A DNA stretch of 64,000 bases from an uncultured Acidobacteriota bacterium (GCA_963754855.1 CAVWHL010000017.1:26075-90074); one strand, 5' to 3'; shown: positions 29,793 through 40,128, counted from the stretch's first letter. Made by a program: numbers and translations. The notes: generated from the sequence alone by a model not told the origin.

Positions 29793-30836
29793 ATGCCGAT
29801 CAAGATGCTTTCGCAGACGAGCCGAGAAACATTAGAACGGATCTTCGCAGTCTGCTGCTTCCTTGTGCTCGGGATGATGCTGCTGGGGATCGGCGGATCG
29901 AGGGGCGGGGCAGCCCTATCCAAGGCAATTGAGCGCCCTACCGGTGTGGGAATCGCAAAGCTCGCTCCATCGAACAATCCTGCAGACCAAGCGCAAGATT
30001 TTCAGACGCGCTGCCACATGCCCGGAATTCTGGTGTGCCAAGGCTTCGATTCACTTGAGAACTCCCGCCCGGCTAGGTATCCCGCTTCGGGCTTGTACCC
30101 TTCAGGAGATGGCGTTTTCCGCGGGACGATTGATAAGGCAATCAAGGCTTCGGGCGACGGCTCATTGCGATTTGAGATCCCCCCCCATACGGGTGCGAAC
30201 GCGGCCGGCTACTGGAAGCAATCCTTTGGGCGAAATTTCGGCCAAGGCTCTACGTTTTATGTTCAATTTCGTGAACGGTTTTCCGAAGAAATGATCAAGA
30301 ATGTATTTGGCGATACGACATGGAAGCAAGTGATTTTCCATAACGACAGCCAGACTTGCACGGATCTCGGCATTACGACGGTGCAGTATTACCACAATGG
30401 ATTTCCCATGATGTATACGGCCTGTGGGGCTCGGATGATCGCCACAAACGGAGGAACTCCACCCTATCTGCTCGAGCAGGGCGATTACAACTGCTGGTAT
30501 CGCCGTTATAATTCGAAAGACTGCTTCATGTATCCAGCTAATGAATGGGTGACGTTTTACTATCAGATTTCCGTGGGCCATTGGGGTCGGCCTGATAGTT
30601 CCATTAACGCCTGGGTGGCTCGCGACGGACAAGCATATCGGCAGTGGATTAAGATATCGGGCTTCACGCTTCAGAACGAACATCCCGGGGCGGATTATGA
30701 CAGTCTTACTCTCCTAACATATATGACCGACAAGAATCCCCAGGTGAATCATCCAACGGCGTACGCCTGGTACGATGAGTTGATTGTCTCTTCGCAGCCG
30801 ATTGCGCCGCCCACTTCTTCGTCCGGCTTAAACTGA
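29793..30836 (+). CDS. Secreted or membrane-anchored protein, paralogue of the C-terminal domain of the upstream lipoprotein
   Basis: N-terminal hydrophobic helix; QDFQTRC..VCQGFD, TNGGTPPYLLEQGDYNC and WYDELIVS are shared with 28771-29610. Confidence 0.8.
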   Translation: MPIKMLSQTSRETLERIFAVCCFLVLGMMLLGIGGSRGGAALSKAIERPTGVGIAKLAPSNNPADQAQDFQTRCHMPGILVCQGFDSLENSRPARYPASGLYPSGDGVFRGTIDKAIKASGDGSLRFEIPPHTGANAAGYWKQSFGRNFGQGSTFYVQFRERFSEEMIKNVFGDTTWKQVIFHNDSQTCTDLGITTVQYYHNGFPMMYTACGARMIATNGGTPPYLLEQGDYNCWYRRYNSKDCFMYPANEWVTFYYQISVGHWGRPDSSINAWVARDGQAYRQWIKISGFTLQNEHPGADYDSLTLLTYMTDKNPQVNHPTAYAWYDELIVSSQPIAPPTSSSGLN

Positions 30837-30921
30837 CCAAATCCGAATCGTCTGGGACTGAGGGATCTGTGCATTCCTCATGCTTCCGCCAAGGCACGAA
30901 ACAGATCGTGCACACCGGCCT

Positions 30922-31746
30922 CTAGCATTTGGAGGCGACATAGATTAACACGTGGGTGCCTACCAGCGGGACGTTGGGGTGTGACCTCTTGGAGATAATT
31001 TCTTCGACTTTGAAACCACATTCCTCGAAGCACGCCTGTGCCGATTGCCGTGTATAAGGCCGCTGGATCGGCTGTCGAATTGGGCGAATAAATTTGCTCG
31101 AGAGCCATTTTAGGAAAGCAAGAGGCCGCAGTTGCGGAAAGAAATATTCGTGCAGCTTCTGCGAAATGCGTTCTTTCACGGACATGGCGACGTGAATCAG
31201 AGCGACATAGTGCCCTCCACGTCGCAGAACTCTATGGATCTCCCGCGTGGCCATGCGATCGTCGAGGAAGTGTTCCATAACTCCAACGCTTACCAGTAAG
31301 TTAAAGGAATCATTCGGGTAGGGAAGACGCTCGGCCAAGGCAACGCAATACTCTGCTCGCGCTCGTCCCTGGGCCTTTCGCAATGCCTCCAGAGAGAGAT
31401 CAATGGCGAATTTTTCATGGGCGGTAATGGCGGAGATCAGAAATCCCTCGCCGCAGCCAATCTCCAAAATGCGCGCGTGGGAAAGCTTGCTCAGCAGATG
31501 TGAAAAATAATCAATGAACTCCGGCGTTCTTCCCTGATCTTGCCAAACCCCACTCCGATTCGCATAAATCTCATCATAGACAGTGCCGATTTGGGCGCCG
31601 GATTGAAAGCGCGGGTCGCGGGAAAGCAGAACGGGAATGTCCTCTTCGTCTGAAAATTGCCCTCCGCAAGATGGGCATCTCCAAGCATCGAGTGGCTTCT
31701 TGCAATCAGGACATACATAGGTTTGCAACTTAAGGCTCTCCATCAT
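30922..31746 (-). CDS. Class I SAM-dependent methyltransferase with N-terminal zinc ribbon
   Basis: CPDC..CPSC; LEIGCGEG; HRVLRRGG. Confidence 0.88.
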   Translation of the reverse strand: MMESLKLQTYVCPDCKKPLDAWRCPSCGGQFSDEEDIPVLLSRDPRFQSGAQIGTVYDEIYANRSGVWQDQGRTPEFIDYFSHLLSKLSHARILEIGCGEGFLISAITAHEKFAIDLSLEALRKAQGRARAEYCVALAERLPYPNDSFNLLVSVGVMEHFLDDRMATREIHRVLRRGGHYVALIHVAMSVKERISQKLHEYFFPQLRPLAFLKWLSSKFIRPIRQPIQRPYTRQSAQACFEECGFKVEEIISKRSHPNVPLVGTHVLIYVASKC

Positions 31747-31953
31747 TCTTTGCCTTCGCTCCCATTTCCAAAAACCGCAAACTGGATCTTGAACCGCGCC
31801 GTGTATCCAAAGAGGGCGAGACTCTATCTGGCCGAGTATTCTTCATCCAGGCTTTCGGTCTATCTCCTAAGGTGGCCTTCTTCGAATTCGCTCCGCTTTC
31901 CATGACTGAGTTCTTCGCCCTAGAATCGCACGCGCGATCTGTTGTCGATCTCC

Positions 31954-33360
31954 TCAGGCTCGCTTTACCATCTCTCTTATCAAACTTCCCTCACGCATCA
32001 CTTCCTCAAATATGTGGGCCATTTCAAGGGCCTTATGCTTGCGAGAATGCCGTTCAATCTCACTGTCGCTGGCGATACGAGCGGTTCCGCTGCGTATTTG
32101 CTCCAGGAACTGGAGAAGCCCCATCGCAATTCGATCGCTCGAATCCAGCGGAGCGAAAGTGCCGATGTTTGCCTCCCGCAGCACTGCTGCTGTATCGCCG
32201 CGATCATCCACCAGGGCGAATAGGGGTCGGCGCGCGCGCAGATATTCGTAGAGCTTTGCCGGCACTGCCGGATTCGAAGTGCTTCCCTGGAACAGTAAAA
32301 GGCCATCGGCATCCAGCATTTCAGCCAGCGCTGCGTGGTAGGGGATCGCCGGCTCCAACGAGACAAGGTCGCCCACACCGTAATGAGCAATCCGCTCGCG
32401 ATAATATTCGTCGTATCCCGTCGCACGAAGCCGCACCCGCAGAGTTCCCGCAGAGATTTGGCCTGCCTGCCGCAGTTGGGCCAATGCCGCCAGGAGACCG
32501 TTCGCGTCTCGGTCGGGACCTGGATAGAGCGTCCCGCTATGAATGAGTTCCAATGGCCTTCCACTCTGCTTTCGAGGACTCCTCGCGCGCTCTGCAGCGG
32601 CGAAGCTCTGTTCGTCATATCCATTCGCGACGAGCCGCATGACGCCGGCTCGCTCCGGATAGCGGTCCCGGTAGATTTTGAGCGCGCCGGGAGTGACGAA
32701 CACGGCGCGCTGACAGTTTCGGATCGCGAGCTCCTCGACCCAGCTACGTACCTTGTAGAGCCGTGGATCCATTGGGAACTTCTGATGAGTATCGGGATCG
32801 ATCTCTGTCATTGGATCACGGAAGTCCGCAACCCATGGCAAGCCCGTCCAGCGGTGCAGGGCAAAGCCGATCAGGTGCGCTGTCGCAATCGGAAAAGTGG
32901 ACCAGATCACCTCAGGCTGCAAGTTTCGAATAAGGCGAAGTCCTGCCGGCAACGCCCCGACGAGCCAAGTTACCCATGGGTCAGGAAGAGCGAGCCAGCC
33001 CGGATATCGGCCGCGAATCCCGAGATGCCGCAACGTGTCTAGCGCAAACGCACGCTCAACAACAACGTCCGCTGGAACTGCTGCAAGCTCGTTATCGCGT
33101 CTTTCCCGGTACGCGCGCGGGTGAGCCGTCAATACGATGGGAGACCATCCCACGCCCGGCAGGTCCCGGGATAGAAAAAGAGAGCGATGCAACCCGCTGC
33201 TCGTTCCACAAGGGGGATAGTGATACGCCACCAATAGCGCTCGAGGCTTCCTTTGTGCGAGCTCCGGTAAGGGGGGCTGTTGCACGCTCAACGATGCACA
33301 CTTTTCCGTAGGCGCAGCGACGCCTAGCTTCGATTCGGAAAGGAATGGGTTCGTACCCAC
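31954..33360 (-). CDS. Glycosyltransferase (GT4-like)
   Basis: AYHYPP, PWVADFRDP, NGYD and PAKLYEY motifs. Confidence 0.88.
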   Translation of the reverse strand: MGTNPFLSESKLGVAAPTEKCASLSVQQPPLPELAQRKPRALLVAYHYPPCGTSSGLHRSLFLSRDLPGVGWSPIVLTAHPRAYRERRDNELAAVPADVVVERAFALDTLRHLGIRGRYPGWLALPDPWVTWLVGALPAGLRLIRNLQPEVIWSTFPIATAHLIGFALHRWTGLPWVADFRDPMTEIDPDTHQKFPMDPRLYKVRSWVEELAIRNCQRAVFVTPGALKIYRDRYPERAGVMRLVANGYDEQSFAAAERARSPRKQSGRPLELIHSGTLYPGPDRDANGLLAALAQLRQAGQISAGTLRVRLRATGYDEYYRERIAHYGVGDLVSLEPAIPYHAALAEMLDADGLLLFQGSTSNPAVPAKLYEYLRARRPLFALVDDRGDTAAVLREANIGTFAPLDSSDRIAMGLLQFLEQIRSGTARIASDSEIERHSRKHKALEMAHIFEEVMREGSLIREMVKRA

Positions 33361-33367
33361 GTCGAGC

Positions 33368-34456
33368 TTATCCTTCCCGTTTCAAGAGAGACTTCAACCT
33401 ATGGAGCCCCTGGAGATAGCGCGCACTCCACGTCCGGCCGTACACAAAACAATTGTTGTGTTCCCGCGTGGTATTGGTCCACTTCATTTTCCATTCCTCG
33501 TCCTTGCCGAGAAAATCGATTTCGCGGGCCTTTTGGGCATAAGCCCACTCGACCAACAGCTTGCGCAGCACGAAACCCGGGTATAACTCTTGCCACTTCT
33601 GTTTGTAGCTCGTTTTGAGCAGGTAATACACGCCGGCGTCGAAGAGAGCGTAATCATAGGCCAGTGGTTCATTATCAAGAAACAAGACGGGGATGCGAAG
33701 TGTGCCTTTGGCCGCGGCGATTGGGGCATAGCGAGAGTAGAACTGCCACTGAAAATCCTGCACAGTGATAGCCGAACCCGCGGCGATCTTCCAGCTGTCA
33801 CCTTCGATCTCACGGATAGCGTCGAGACCAGTCTGCCACTCTTGCGGGCTGTCGAGGAATCGCAATTCCAGATGTCCCTTTTCGCGAAGCCGTTTTTCAC
33901 GGGAGCGCAACGAGGTACGAAAGCGCGGCTGAAGCGACTTCATTTTTTCATCCCAAGTCTCCTCCAGTCTCAAGTAGGGGGACCGCGCATCAGGATGGAA
34001 CTCGAAAGAGTAGCCGCGCTCTTTAAGAGCGAGCGTGAAAAGCGATTCGTGTTCCTCTCCACGCAGATGCTGGGTGAACCACAGAGTCCAGTCCCCGTGC
34101 TTCCGATGAAGATGATCGAAAACCGCATTCAAGGAACCTTGCTGGTCGCGCGCAAGGAGCATCTGTGTCCCGTGCAGCGAATGGAACCAGCCGAGTGCCC
34201 GGAGAACCGGCACATTCAGCCCTTTGCGCCGCTCTGTCTCCTTTACAAAGGGAGCGATTCCTGCGATGCCTTGAGCATCGCGCAATACAAGCACGAAAAG
34301 CTCTCGATTCGACTTGTTCACTTCCCAGACAGTCTCCAGCCATTCAAACTCGTAAGCGGGGCCTAGCGAGAGCTGGTTCACAAGCCCATTCCACTCGTCA
34401 CGGCAAGCGTTCAAGGCTTGCCATGTTGTGAATTCTTCGATGGCGAATTGGCTCAA
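33368..34456 (-). CDS. GNAT family acyltransferase (CelD/BcsL-type)
   Basis: LRSREKRLREKG, SWK, YPGFVL and IDFLGKDEEWKMKW motifs. Confidence 0.85.
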   Translation of the reverse strand: MSQFAIEEFTTWQALNACRDEWNGLVNQLSLGPAYEFEWLETVWEVNKSNRELFVLVLRDAQGIAGIAPFVKETERRKGLNVPVLRALGWFHSLHGTQMLLARDQQGSLNAVFDHLHRKHGDWTLWFTQHLRGEEHESLFTLALKERGYSFEFHPDARSPYLRLEETWDEKMKSLQPRFRTSLRSREKRLREKGHLELRFLDSPQEWQTGLDAIREIEGDSWKIAAGSAITVQDFQWQFYSRYAPIAAAKGTLRIPVLFLDNEPLAYDYALFDAGVYYLLKTSYKQKWQELYPGFVLRKLLVEWAYAQKAREIDFLGKDEEWKMKWTNTTREHNNCFVYGRTWSARYLQGLHRLKSLLKREG

Positions 34457-35808
34457 TGGCTATCTCCGTGCCTTCTAGCGCGGGCGGCATCACGGCCCAT
34501 AAGAAGGGTTTCATGGACGTCTTCACTGATCCCCGTGCCCATGCGGACCAGTTCCCTATGCCCTGCATCCACCCAGATCTCGGCCGGGGCCGGATGGCTG
34601 AGGAATCCAAGGGGGCTCGCCGACCGTCCGTAAGCGCCGGACTGGAAAATACCAACGAGGTCGCCAATTTCGGCGCGCGGCAGCATGATCCCCCGCGCCA
34701 GAGTATCGAGCGGCGTACAGAGCGGTCCGACGATGTCCACCACCTCTTCGGCAGGGGCAGTCAGCTTATTCACTAGGACGATCGGGTAGTTCCGCTTGAT
34801 CGTTTGTCCCAGATTGCCGGATGCTGCGAGGTGATGATTCATTCCGCCATCAACGATCAGGAATTTTTTTCCGCGCGAAACCTTGATGTCATTGATCCGA
34901 GTGACATAAACGCCCGCCTCCCCCACAAGAAAGCGGCCGGGCTCCACGAGAAACTGTGTCCCTTCGAAACGCGGATCATACTCAACGGTTGCGAAGAGCG
35001 TTTTCAGTCCTTCTCGAAGGGAATCGAGATTCAACTCCTGTTCGTGAGCGAAGTAGGGAATTCCCAGGCCGCCGCCGAAGTCCAAAGTCTTTAAGGGGCG
35101 GCCCAATCGCGACGTCACGCGCCGCGCAAGCTCCAATCCGTGACAGTATTGTTTCTGGAGGATGCTGGCGTCGAGAATCTGAGTGCCGATGAACAAGTGG
35201 AGGCCACAGAGATCGAGTTCCGGCTGGGAAAGGACAGCATCCAATATCTGGTCTAGGATCTCTTCATCCATTCCGAAAGGCGCCGGACGCCCACCCATGC
35301 GCATGGCTCCGCCCTCAGCTTCCGCTGCCGGGTTAATTCGTAGCGCGACATGGGCACGCCGTCCCAGGCGGCGGCATATCGCAGAGATTCGCCCGGCCTC
35401 GGTGAGAGATTCCATGTGGATCTCGCCGATACCCTGCGAGAGAACCAGTTCAAGTTCAGTTTCGGATTTTCCCGGACCTGCGAAGAGCATGCGGCCCGGC
35501 GGGCATCCCGCTTCCAATGCTTTACGAAACTCACCGCCGGAAGCAATTTCGAGCCCGCAGCCGCGACTCAGGAAATGCTTCACGACCGCAGGACATGGAT
35601 TGGCTTTGATCGAGTAATAGATGGAGAAGCGATCCGGCAGCGCCGCGCGGAGCGCGTCATACTTCATATCCAATACGGCGCGGTCATAAACGAACAAAGG
35701 GGTTCCGTACACTTCAGCGAGTTGGGTAACCGGCAATCCGCCGATGACAAGCGATTCCCGGGACTGCGGGAAGTACTTTTCTACGAGCGATGCTGCGAGA
35801 TCTGCCAT
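34453..35808 (-). CDS. Fold-type III PLP-dependent decarboxylase (LysA/BtrK-like; XrtA-locus type)
   Basis: GTPLFVYD, YSIKANP, DFGGGLG, EPGRFLV and GPLCTPLD motifs. Confidence 0.92.
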   Translation of the reverse strand: MADLAASLVEKYFPQSRESLVIGGLPVTQLAEVYGTPLFVYDRAVLDMKYDALRAALPDRFSIYYSIKANPCPAVVKHFLSRGCGLEIASGGEFRKALEAGCPPGRMLFAGPGKSETELELVLSQGIGEIHMESLTEAGRISAICRRLGRRAHVALRINPAAEAEGGAMRMGGRPAPFGMDEEILDQILDAVLSQPELDLCGLHLFIGTQILDASILQKQYCHGLELARRVTSRLGRPLKTLDFGGGLGIPYFAHEQELNLDSLREGLKTLFATVEYDPRFEGTQFLVEPGRFLVGEAGVYVTRINDIKVSRGKKFLIVDGGMNHHLAASGNLGQTIKRNYPIVLVNKLTAPAEEVVDIVGPLCTPLDTLARGIMLPRAEIGDLVGIFQSGAYGRSASPLGFLSHPAPAEIWVDAGHRELVRMGTGISEDVHETLLMGRDAARARRHGDSH

Positions 35809-37376
35809 CAGAGCCCTTCACGACGTCGCAGGGCCGGGTAATCCACCTTGCCGCTCGAAGTCTTAGGTAGCTCGCTCAGAACCTCGAAAGCCTTCGGAAC
35901 CATGTAACGGGGCATCTTTTCCGCACAGTAAGCGAGCAGCGCGTCCGTCTCGAAGCCATTCCCGTCTTTTGGCACGACGAAGGCTTTTATGGTTTGTCCA
36001 AGAGTCTCGTCAGGGATGCCGATCACGGCTGCGCCACGCAGCTTGCCGCTCTGGAACAGCACTTCCTCCACTTCGGTGGGACTGATGCGAAACCCGCTGG
36101 ACTTAATCATCGTGTCGCGCCGGCCGATGAAGTACAGGAAACCATCTTCATCCATCTTCACAAGATCGCCGGAATAGCAGACCTTCTCGCAATCCCCCAG
36201 TTCAGGGGGCAATAGCGGATTCGGTCGCAGCGCGCGGGCCGTGTCCTCGGGCCGGTTCCAATAACCGAGCGAAACCGTCGGGCCGCGATGAACCAGTTCA
36301 CCGGGCTCGCCAGGCTTGCAGAGCTGCCCTTGTTCGTTGAGTACGAGAATCTCCGTGTCCGGGATGGCCTTGCCCATCGAAGTTGGCCGGCGATCGAGTT
36401 CCTCCGGAGGGAGATAGGTTGAGCGGAAGGCCTCGGTGAGTCCATACATCAGGAAAATCTTTGTCGCCGGAAGCACTTCTCGCAAAATTTTGAGCACGGC
36501 CTGGGGCATCGCACCGCCGGTGTTCGTGATGTAGCGCAGATGTGGCAGGGGCTGCTTGGCGAGCGAGGAATTTGGCTGCGCCAAAAGGCTCCAGAGGGTG
36601 GGCACGCCTGCAAGGCCGGTGATCTTTTCCTTAAGCAAAACTTGCACGATTTCGCGCGCAAAAACGAAATTGATGAGTACGCATGTTCCGCCCTTTTCGA
36701 AGGCGGTCATCAGCTGGTTCATTCCGGCGTCAAAACTGAAGGGAAGAACCGCAAGGATGCGCTCTTTCTCAGTGATACCGAGATACGTGGAGACGATCCG
36801 GCTGCCGGCAACGACGTTTGCATGGCTCAGCATTACCCCTTTGGGCCTGCCCGTCGAGCCGGAAGTGTAAAGAATTGCCGCGAGATCCTTCTCGATTTTC
36901 GTTTCCCGCCAGTTAACCGGAAGACTTCGCGTACAGAACTCCTCGTAACGATGTGCCGGAAGCTGCGAAGACACCTCTCCAGGACCCACCACAATCAAAA
37001 ACTCGAGAGAAGGGATTTGGGGAAGCACTTCGGCAAGCGAGGCCAGCTTCGCCGCTGTGGTGATGAGCCCTTTCATTCCGCAATCGCGGGCGATGTGCAT
37101 GACTTGTTCGGCGTGGAGGAGCGCGTTGATGGGGACATAGACCGCCTCGGCCCGGGAGATTCCGAAAATGGAGACCACCTGGGGGACCGAGGGCTCCAAA
37201 TAAATCCCCATTCTGTCGCCACGCCGGAGCCCGGCGTCTCGCAAGCCTGCAGCTAGGCCGTCAACGCGCCGGGAAACCTCGGCGTAACTAAGCCGCTCTT
37301 CCCCGTGCACCAGGGCTTCCTTTTCCGGCGCTCGCCGGTTGCTCTCACGCAATAAATGCCAGATCAAGAAATCCAT
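35808..37376 (-). CDS. AMP-forming acyl-CoA/acyl-ACP ligase (XrtA-locus type)
   Basis: YTSGSTGRPKG, MYGLTEAFRS, SGD, GRRD and SGK motifs. Confidence 0.93.
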   Translation of the reverse strand: MDFLIWHLLRESNRRAPEKEALVHGEERLSYAEVSRRVDGLAAGLRDAGLRRGDRMGIYLEPSVPQVVSIFGISRAEAVYVPINALLHAEQVMHIARDCGMKGLITTAAKLASLAEVLPQIPSLEFLIVVGPGEVSSQLPAHRYEEFCTRSLPVNWRETKIEKDLAAILYTSGSTGRPKGVMLSHANVVAGSRIVSTYLGITEKERILAVLPFSFDAGMNQLMTAFEKGGTCVLINFVFAREIVQVLLKEKITGLAGVPTLWSLLAQPNSSLAKQPLPHLRYITNTGGAMPQAVLKILREVLPATKIFLMYGLTEAFRSTYLPPEELDRRPTSMGKAIPDTEILVLNEQGQLCKPGEPGELVHRGPTVSLGYWNRPEDTARALRPNPLLPPELGDCEKVCYSGDLVKMDEDGFLYFIGRRDTMIKSSGFRISPTEVEEVLFQSGKLRGAAVIGIPDETLGQTIKAFVVPKDGNGFETDALLAYCAEKMPRYMVPKAFEVLSELPKTSSGKVDYPALRRREGL

Positions 37377-37383
37377 AGGATCC

Positions 37384-38637
37384 TTAACTTGTTCCTCTCT
37401 TCCTTGATTCAATTTCGGTGTTCCCGCGACGTTGTCCCCGCTCTTTCCCGCGCCGGATTCCTGCGGCCAGAGAGAGCGCTGCTCGCTTCACGGCGCGACC
37501 ACCGACGTGGCGCGCGATGGCCAGAATTCCACGGGGGGTCCGCGGATTCAGAGCCAGGATCCCCCAACGCTCCCGGCGGTGGGACATCCAATCCCTTTTG
37601 TATGCATCGTCGCCGGTCAGGTAATCCACTTCATCAACATGGTCCACATCGATCGCATGCTCCATCAGGCGGGTCGTTAGATACGTGCCGACGGAGAGCT
37701 CACGGAATTTCGGATCGTAGGCAATCTTGTAAATCGAGGCGACTCTGGAATGCACAATCCATATCTGTGCAGCCGCCGGGTCATCATCCACGTAGGCCAC
37801 GCCTAACCGCAAGGTGCCCTGAGCTGCGCAAGCCCGGATCAGCCCCGGAATGAATTCAGAGTATGGCTCAGGAACCTTCCAGCTCGCTGCGTATACTTTA
37901 TTGTATGCAGCGATTCCGGCTTCCAGCCCCTCCTTCCCAGTGATGATTTCGTAACGCACGCGACCCGATCGATCAATCTTCTTGTTTTTGCTCGCCGCAA
38001 TGTTACGAACAGAGGAGCGTAGACCCTGCAAGTAGTCTCGGTATGCCCGTCCATTGACAGGCTCGAACCAATTGCCTGCATAGAAGTAAGTTTGAACGAC
38101 GAAGCCAGCGGCCTGAAGCTCTTCAACCAGCGCAGAAGATATTTCAGAGTTCATGTCGACAGGTTTGATGTCAATTTCATCCCAGCGCGGCTTTTCCGCA
38201 AATAGCGCGCGTGCCAATGTTCGAATGGTCTCACGTGGCTCGCCTCCAGAAGCAGCGAGGTGTGGAGCGAAAAAGCAACTATAGTAATTAGTGAGCGCCT
38301 CCAGCTTCCGCGGCGAAGGGAGCCATCTTGAATGACTGGAGCTACGCATCAGGAGCATCCCAGCGGACACTCCGCAGTTGTCACCTGTGGACAAGCCGTA
38401 GATGCGTACCTGATCCTCAGGGGCCATCGCCGTCAGAGTAAAATTCAAAAACCATGGCAATGTTAGGAAGACACTTCGCAGTCCGGGCTCCTCAAAAAGA
38501 TCCAAAAGCTGTTTAGGCAATTCCTCGAGCGCCGAATAGACGCGCACCTGAGGGAGGGTTGGAGCGGCAGGCGGGGGGGGGGCTGTTGGTGCGGCACCAC
38601 TCATCTGATCCTCGGACTTTGCCAGGGAAAGATTCAT
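37384..38637 (-). CDS. GNAT family acyltransferase (CelD/BcsL-type)
   Basis: VYAASWK, AAAQIW, SVGTYLT and DYLTGDDAYKRDWM; start overlaps the ACP stop. Confidence 0.87.
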   Translation of the reverse strand: MNLSLAKSEDQMSGAAPTAPPPPAAPTLPQVRVYSALEELPKQLLDLFEEPGLRSVFLTLPWFLNFTLTAMAPEDQVRIYGLSTGDNCGVSAGMLLMRSSSHSRWLPSPRKLEALTNYYSCFFAPHLAASGGEPRETIRTLARALFAEKPRWDEIDIKPVDMNSEISSALVEELQAAGFVVQTYFYAGNWFEPVNGRAYRDYLQGLRSSVRNIAASKNKKIDRSGRVRYEIITGKEGLEAGIAAYNKVYAASWKVPEPYSEFIPGLIRACAAQGTLRLGVAYVDDDPAAAQIWIVHSRVASIYKIAYDPKFRELSVGTYLTTRLMEHAIDVDHVDEVDYLTGDDAYKRDWMSHRRERWGILALNPRTPRGILAIARHVGGRAVKRAALSLAAGIRRGKERGQRRGNTEIESRKRGTS

Positions 38638-38903
38638 GCATCCATTCCGAGCTTGTTCAAGACGAAAGCGCAAAGCGTGCCCAGGCTTTGGAAATTTTCA
38701 GGCATCAACTCTTCGTCACTGATCAAAATGGAGAATTCGGCCTCCAGAAAGCTCACCACGTCCAGGATCCCAAGAGAGTCCAGGATTCCCCGTTCAATCA
38801 GCGGCGTGTCTTTCTCAATTCCGGCTTTCCGCGCAAGGGGGAATTTTTCCAGGAGAAACGCGTGGATCTTTTGTTCGATCGAAGTAGTTGTAGTTTGGTC
38901 CAT
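38634..38903 (-). CDS. Acyl/aminoacyl carrier protein
   Basis: Small and acidic; GILDSLG phosphopantetheine site; PENF motif. Confidence 0.93.
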   Translation of the reverse strand: MDQTTTTSIEQKIHAFLLEKFPLARKAGIEKDTPLIERGILDSLGILDVVSFLEAEFSILISDEELMPENFQSLGTLCAFVLNKLGMDA

Positions 38904-38919
38904 TCCTTGGTCCTCGGTG

Positions 38920-39954
38920 TCAGCTTTCTCTGTCGCCGTGCGTCAGATACCAGTGATTGGCTGCGGAATTCTCTAGTCTTATCCTGCCGGAGATCTGAAG
39001 CAGAATGACCGGGCTGGCCTCGCGCGCGCGGAATCCACATCTTTCGAAGAGCGTCCGGGCCGGATGAGAGGATGGCAGAAGAGCGCTCAGCGTCTTGACA
39101 GTGTGACGCCGCATCTCGGCGATCGTCTCCATGAGCAGAGCCTGGCAGGCGGCGTCTTCTTCCGCCAGCATGTCCGCGACGGTGGCATCCTCCCCCGTCA
39201 TTTCGTAGATAAGATAGCCGCAAAGTTTACCGGCGGCTCGCGCGGTCAGGAGATGATAGCGCTTCCGCGGATGCTGCAGGAATCGCCAGTTCAGGTACTC
39301 GGCCGTGCGTGCCGTGCAGATACCCATCCGGCGGCTCCATTGCCGCGCCGCCGCGGTAAACTCTTCGCCACACGGTGCGGATTCCTCTGCGATGGTCCAG
39401 AAATGCCGGCGCCGACGGCCGAGATCCCGGAGGCGCAGGCCCGCGTTCGCTGCAACTGCCAGACTTCGTGCGGCCATCTTACTTGGGAGCCACTGTTCCA
39501 TTTTCCTGTCCGCTCTCAGTGGCTTGCCAAATCGCACCATTTTTTCACTCGTTCCAATTCCAAGCCGCTTGTAAATGGCCAGCATTGACTCGCTGGGGAA
39601 GTCAAAGACAAACCCATCCCCGGCTTCGCAGAGATCTTCGAGGCTGCGTCTCTGGAGAGCCAGAGCGGGTCCTAAGCTGCGATATTCCGGATGAATGCAA
39701 AAGTCGCCCAAGACGTAGCCTCTCACTTCACTCCCTTGACTGTAAATTCGCCTGGGAAACGCCGCCGCGACCCCTTTGATCTCCCCTCCTTCGGCATCAC
39801 TGGCTACCCATGCCCAGGCTTTTCCATCAGGGTTCCTGCAATACAACCACTCGTATCGAGCAACATTCGCGTCTGGCGAAAGGTAGCTCGAGAGAAATGC
39901 TGTCAGAGGAGCTTTCTCCCTTTCAATTTCTGCCCGGCGAATGAAACAGTTCAT
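38920..39954 (-). CDS. GNAT family N-acyltransferase
   Basis: WLYCRNPDG, DFCIHPEYRSLG and YLNWRF..HP motifs. Confidence 0.8.
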   Translation of the reverse strand: MNCFIRRAEIEREKAPLTAFLSSYLSPDANVARYEWLYCRNPDGKAWAWVASDAEGGEIKGVAAAFPRRIYSQGSEVRGYVLGDFCIHPEYRSLGPALALQRRSLEDLCEAGDGFVFDFPSESMLAIYKRLGIGTSEKMVRFGKPLRADRKMEQWLPSKMAARSLAVAANAGLRLRDLGRRRRHFWTIAEESAPCGEEFTAAARQWSRRMGICTARTAEYLNWRFLQHPRKRYHLLTARAAGKLCGYLIYEMTGEDATVADMLAEEDAACQALLMETIAEMRRHTVKTLSALLPSSHPARTLFERCGFRAREASPVILLQISGRIRLENSAANHWYLTHGDRES

Positions 39955-40112
39955 GAGTGGCTAATTCAATGCAATAGTGCAGATGAGTGCTCAAGTAAAC
40001 TCAAAGAAATCAGGCCAAACTGCTTCACGGGAATGCCGCTCGATTGCACAATCTCCACTTGACCCGCACCTGATACCGGGGGACACAAGTTCCGCATGAA
40101 CTGCAAACGTGG

Positions 40113-40128
40113 TGCACGCTATCTGCCA
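40113..40128 (-). promoter_or_regulatory. Putative sigma54 promoter of the GNAT-ACP-ligase operon
   Basis: TGGCAGATAGCGTGCA; IHF-like AT tract at 40145-40169. Confidence 0.6.

Noticed and set aside
34453-35808. Housekeeping lysA
   Set aside because: It is coupled to an acyl ligase and ACP in an EPS locus, so a BtrK-like or XrtA-associated role is more plausible; no symbol assigned.
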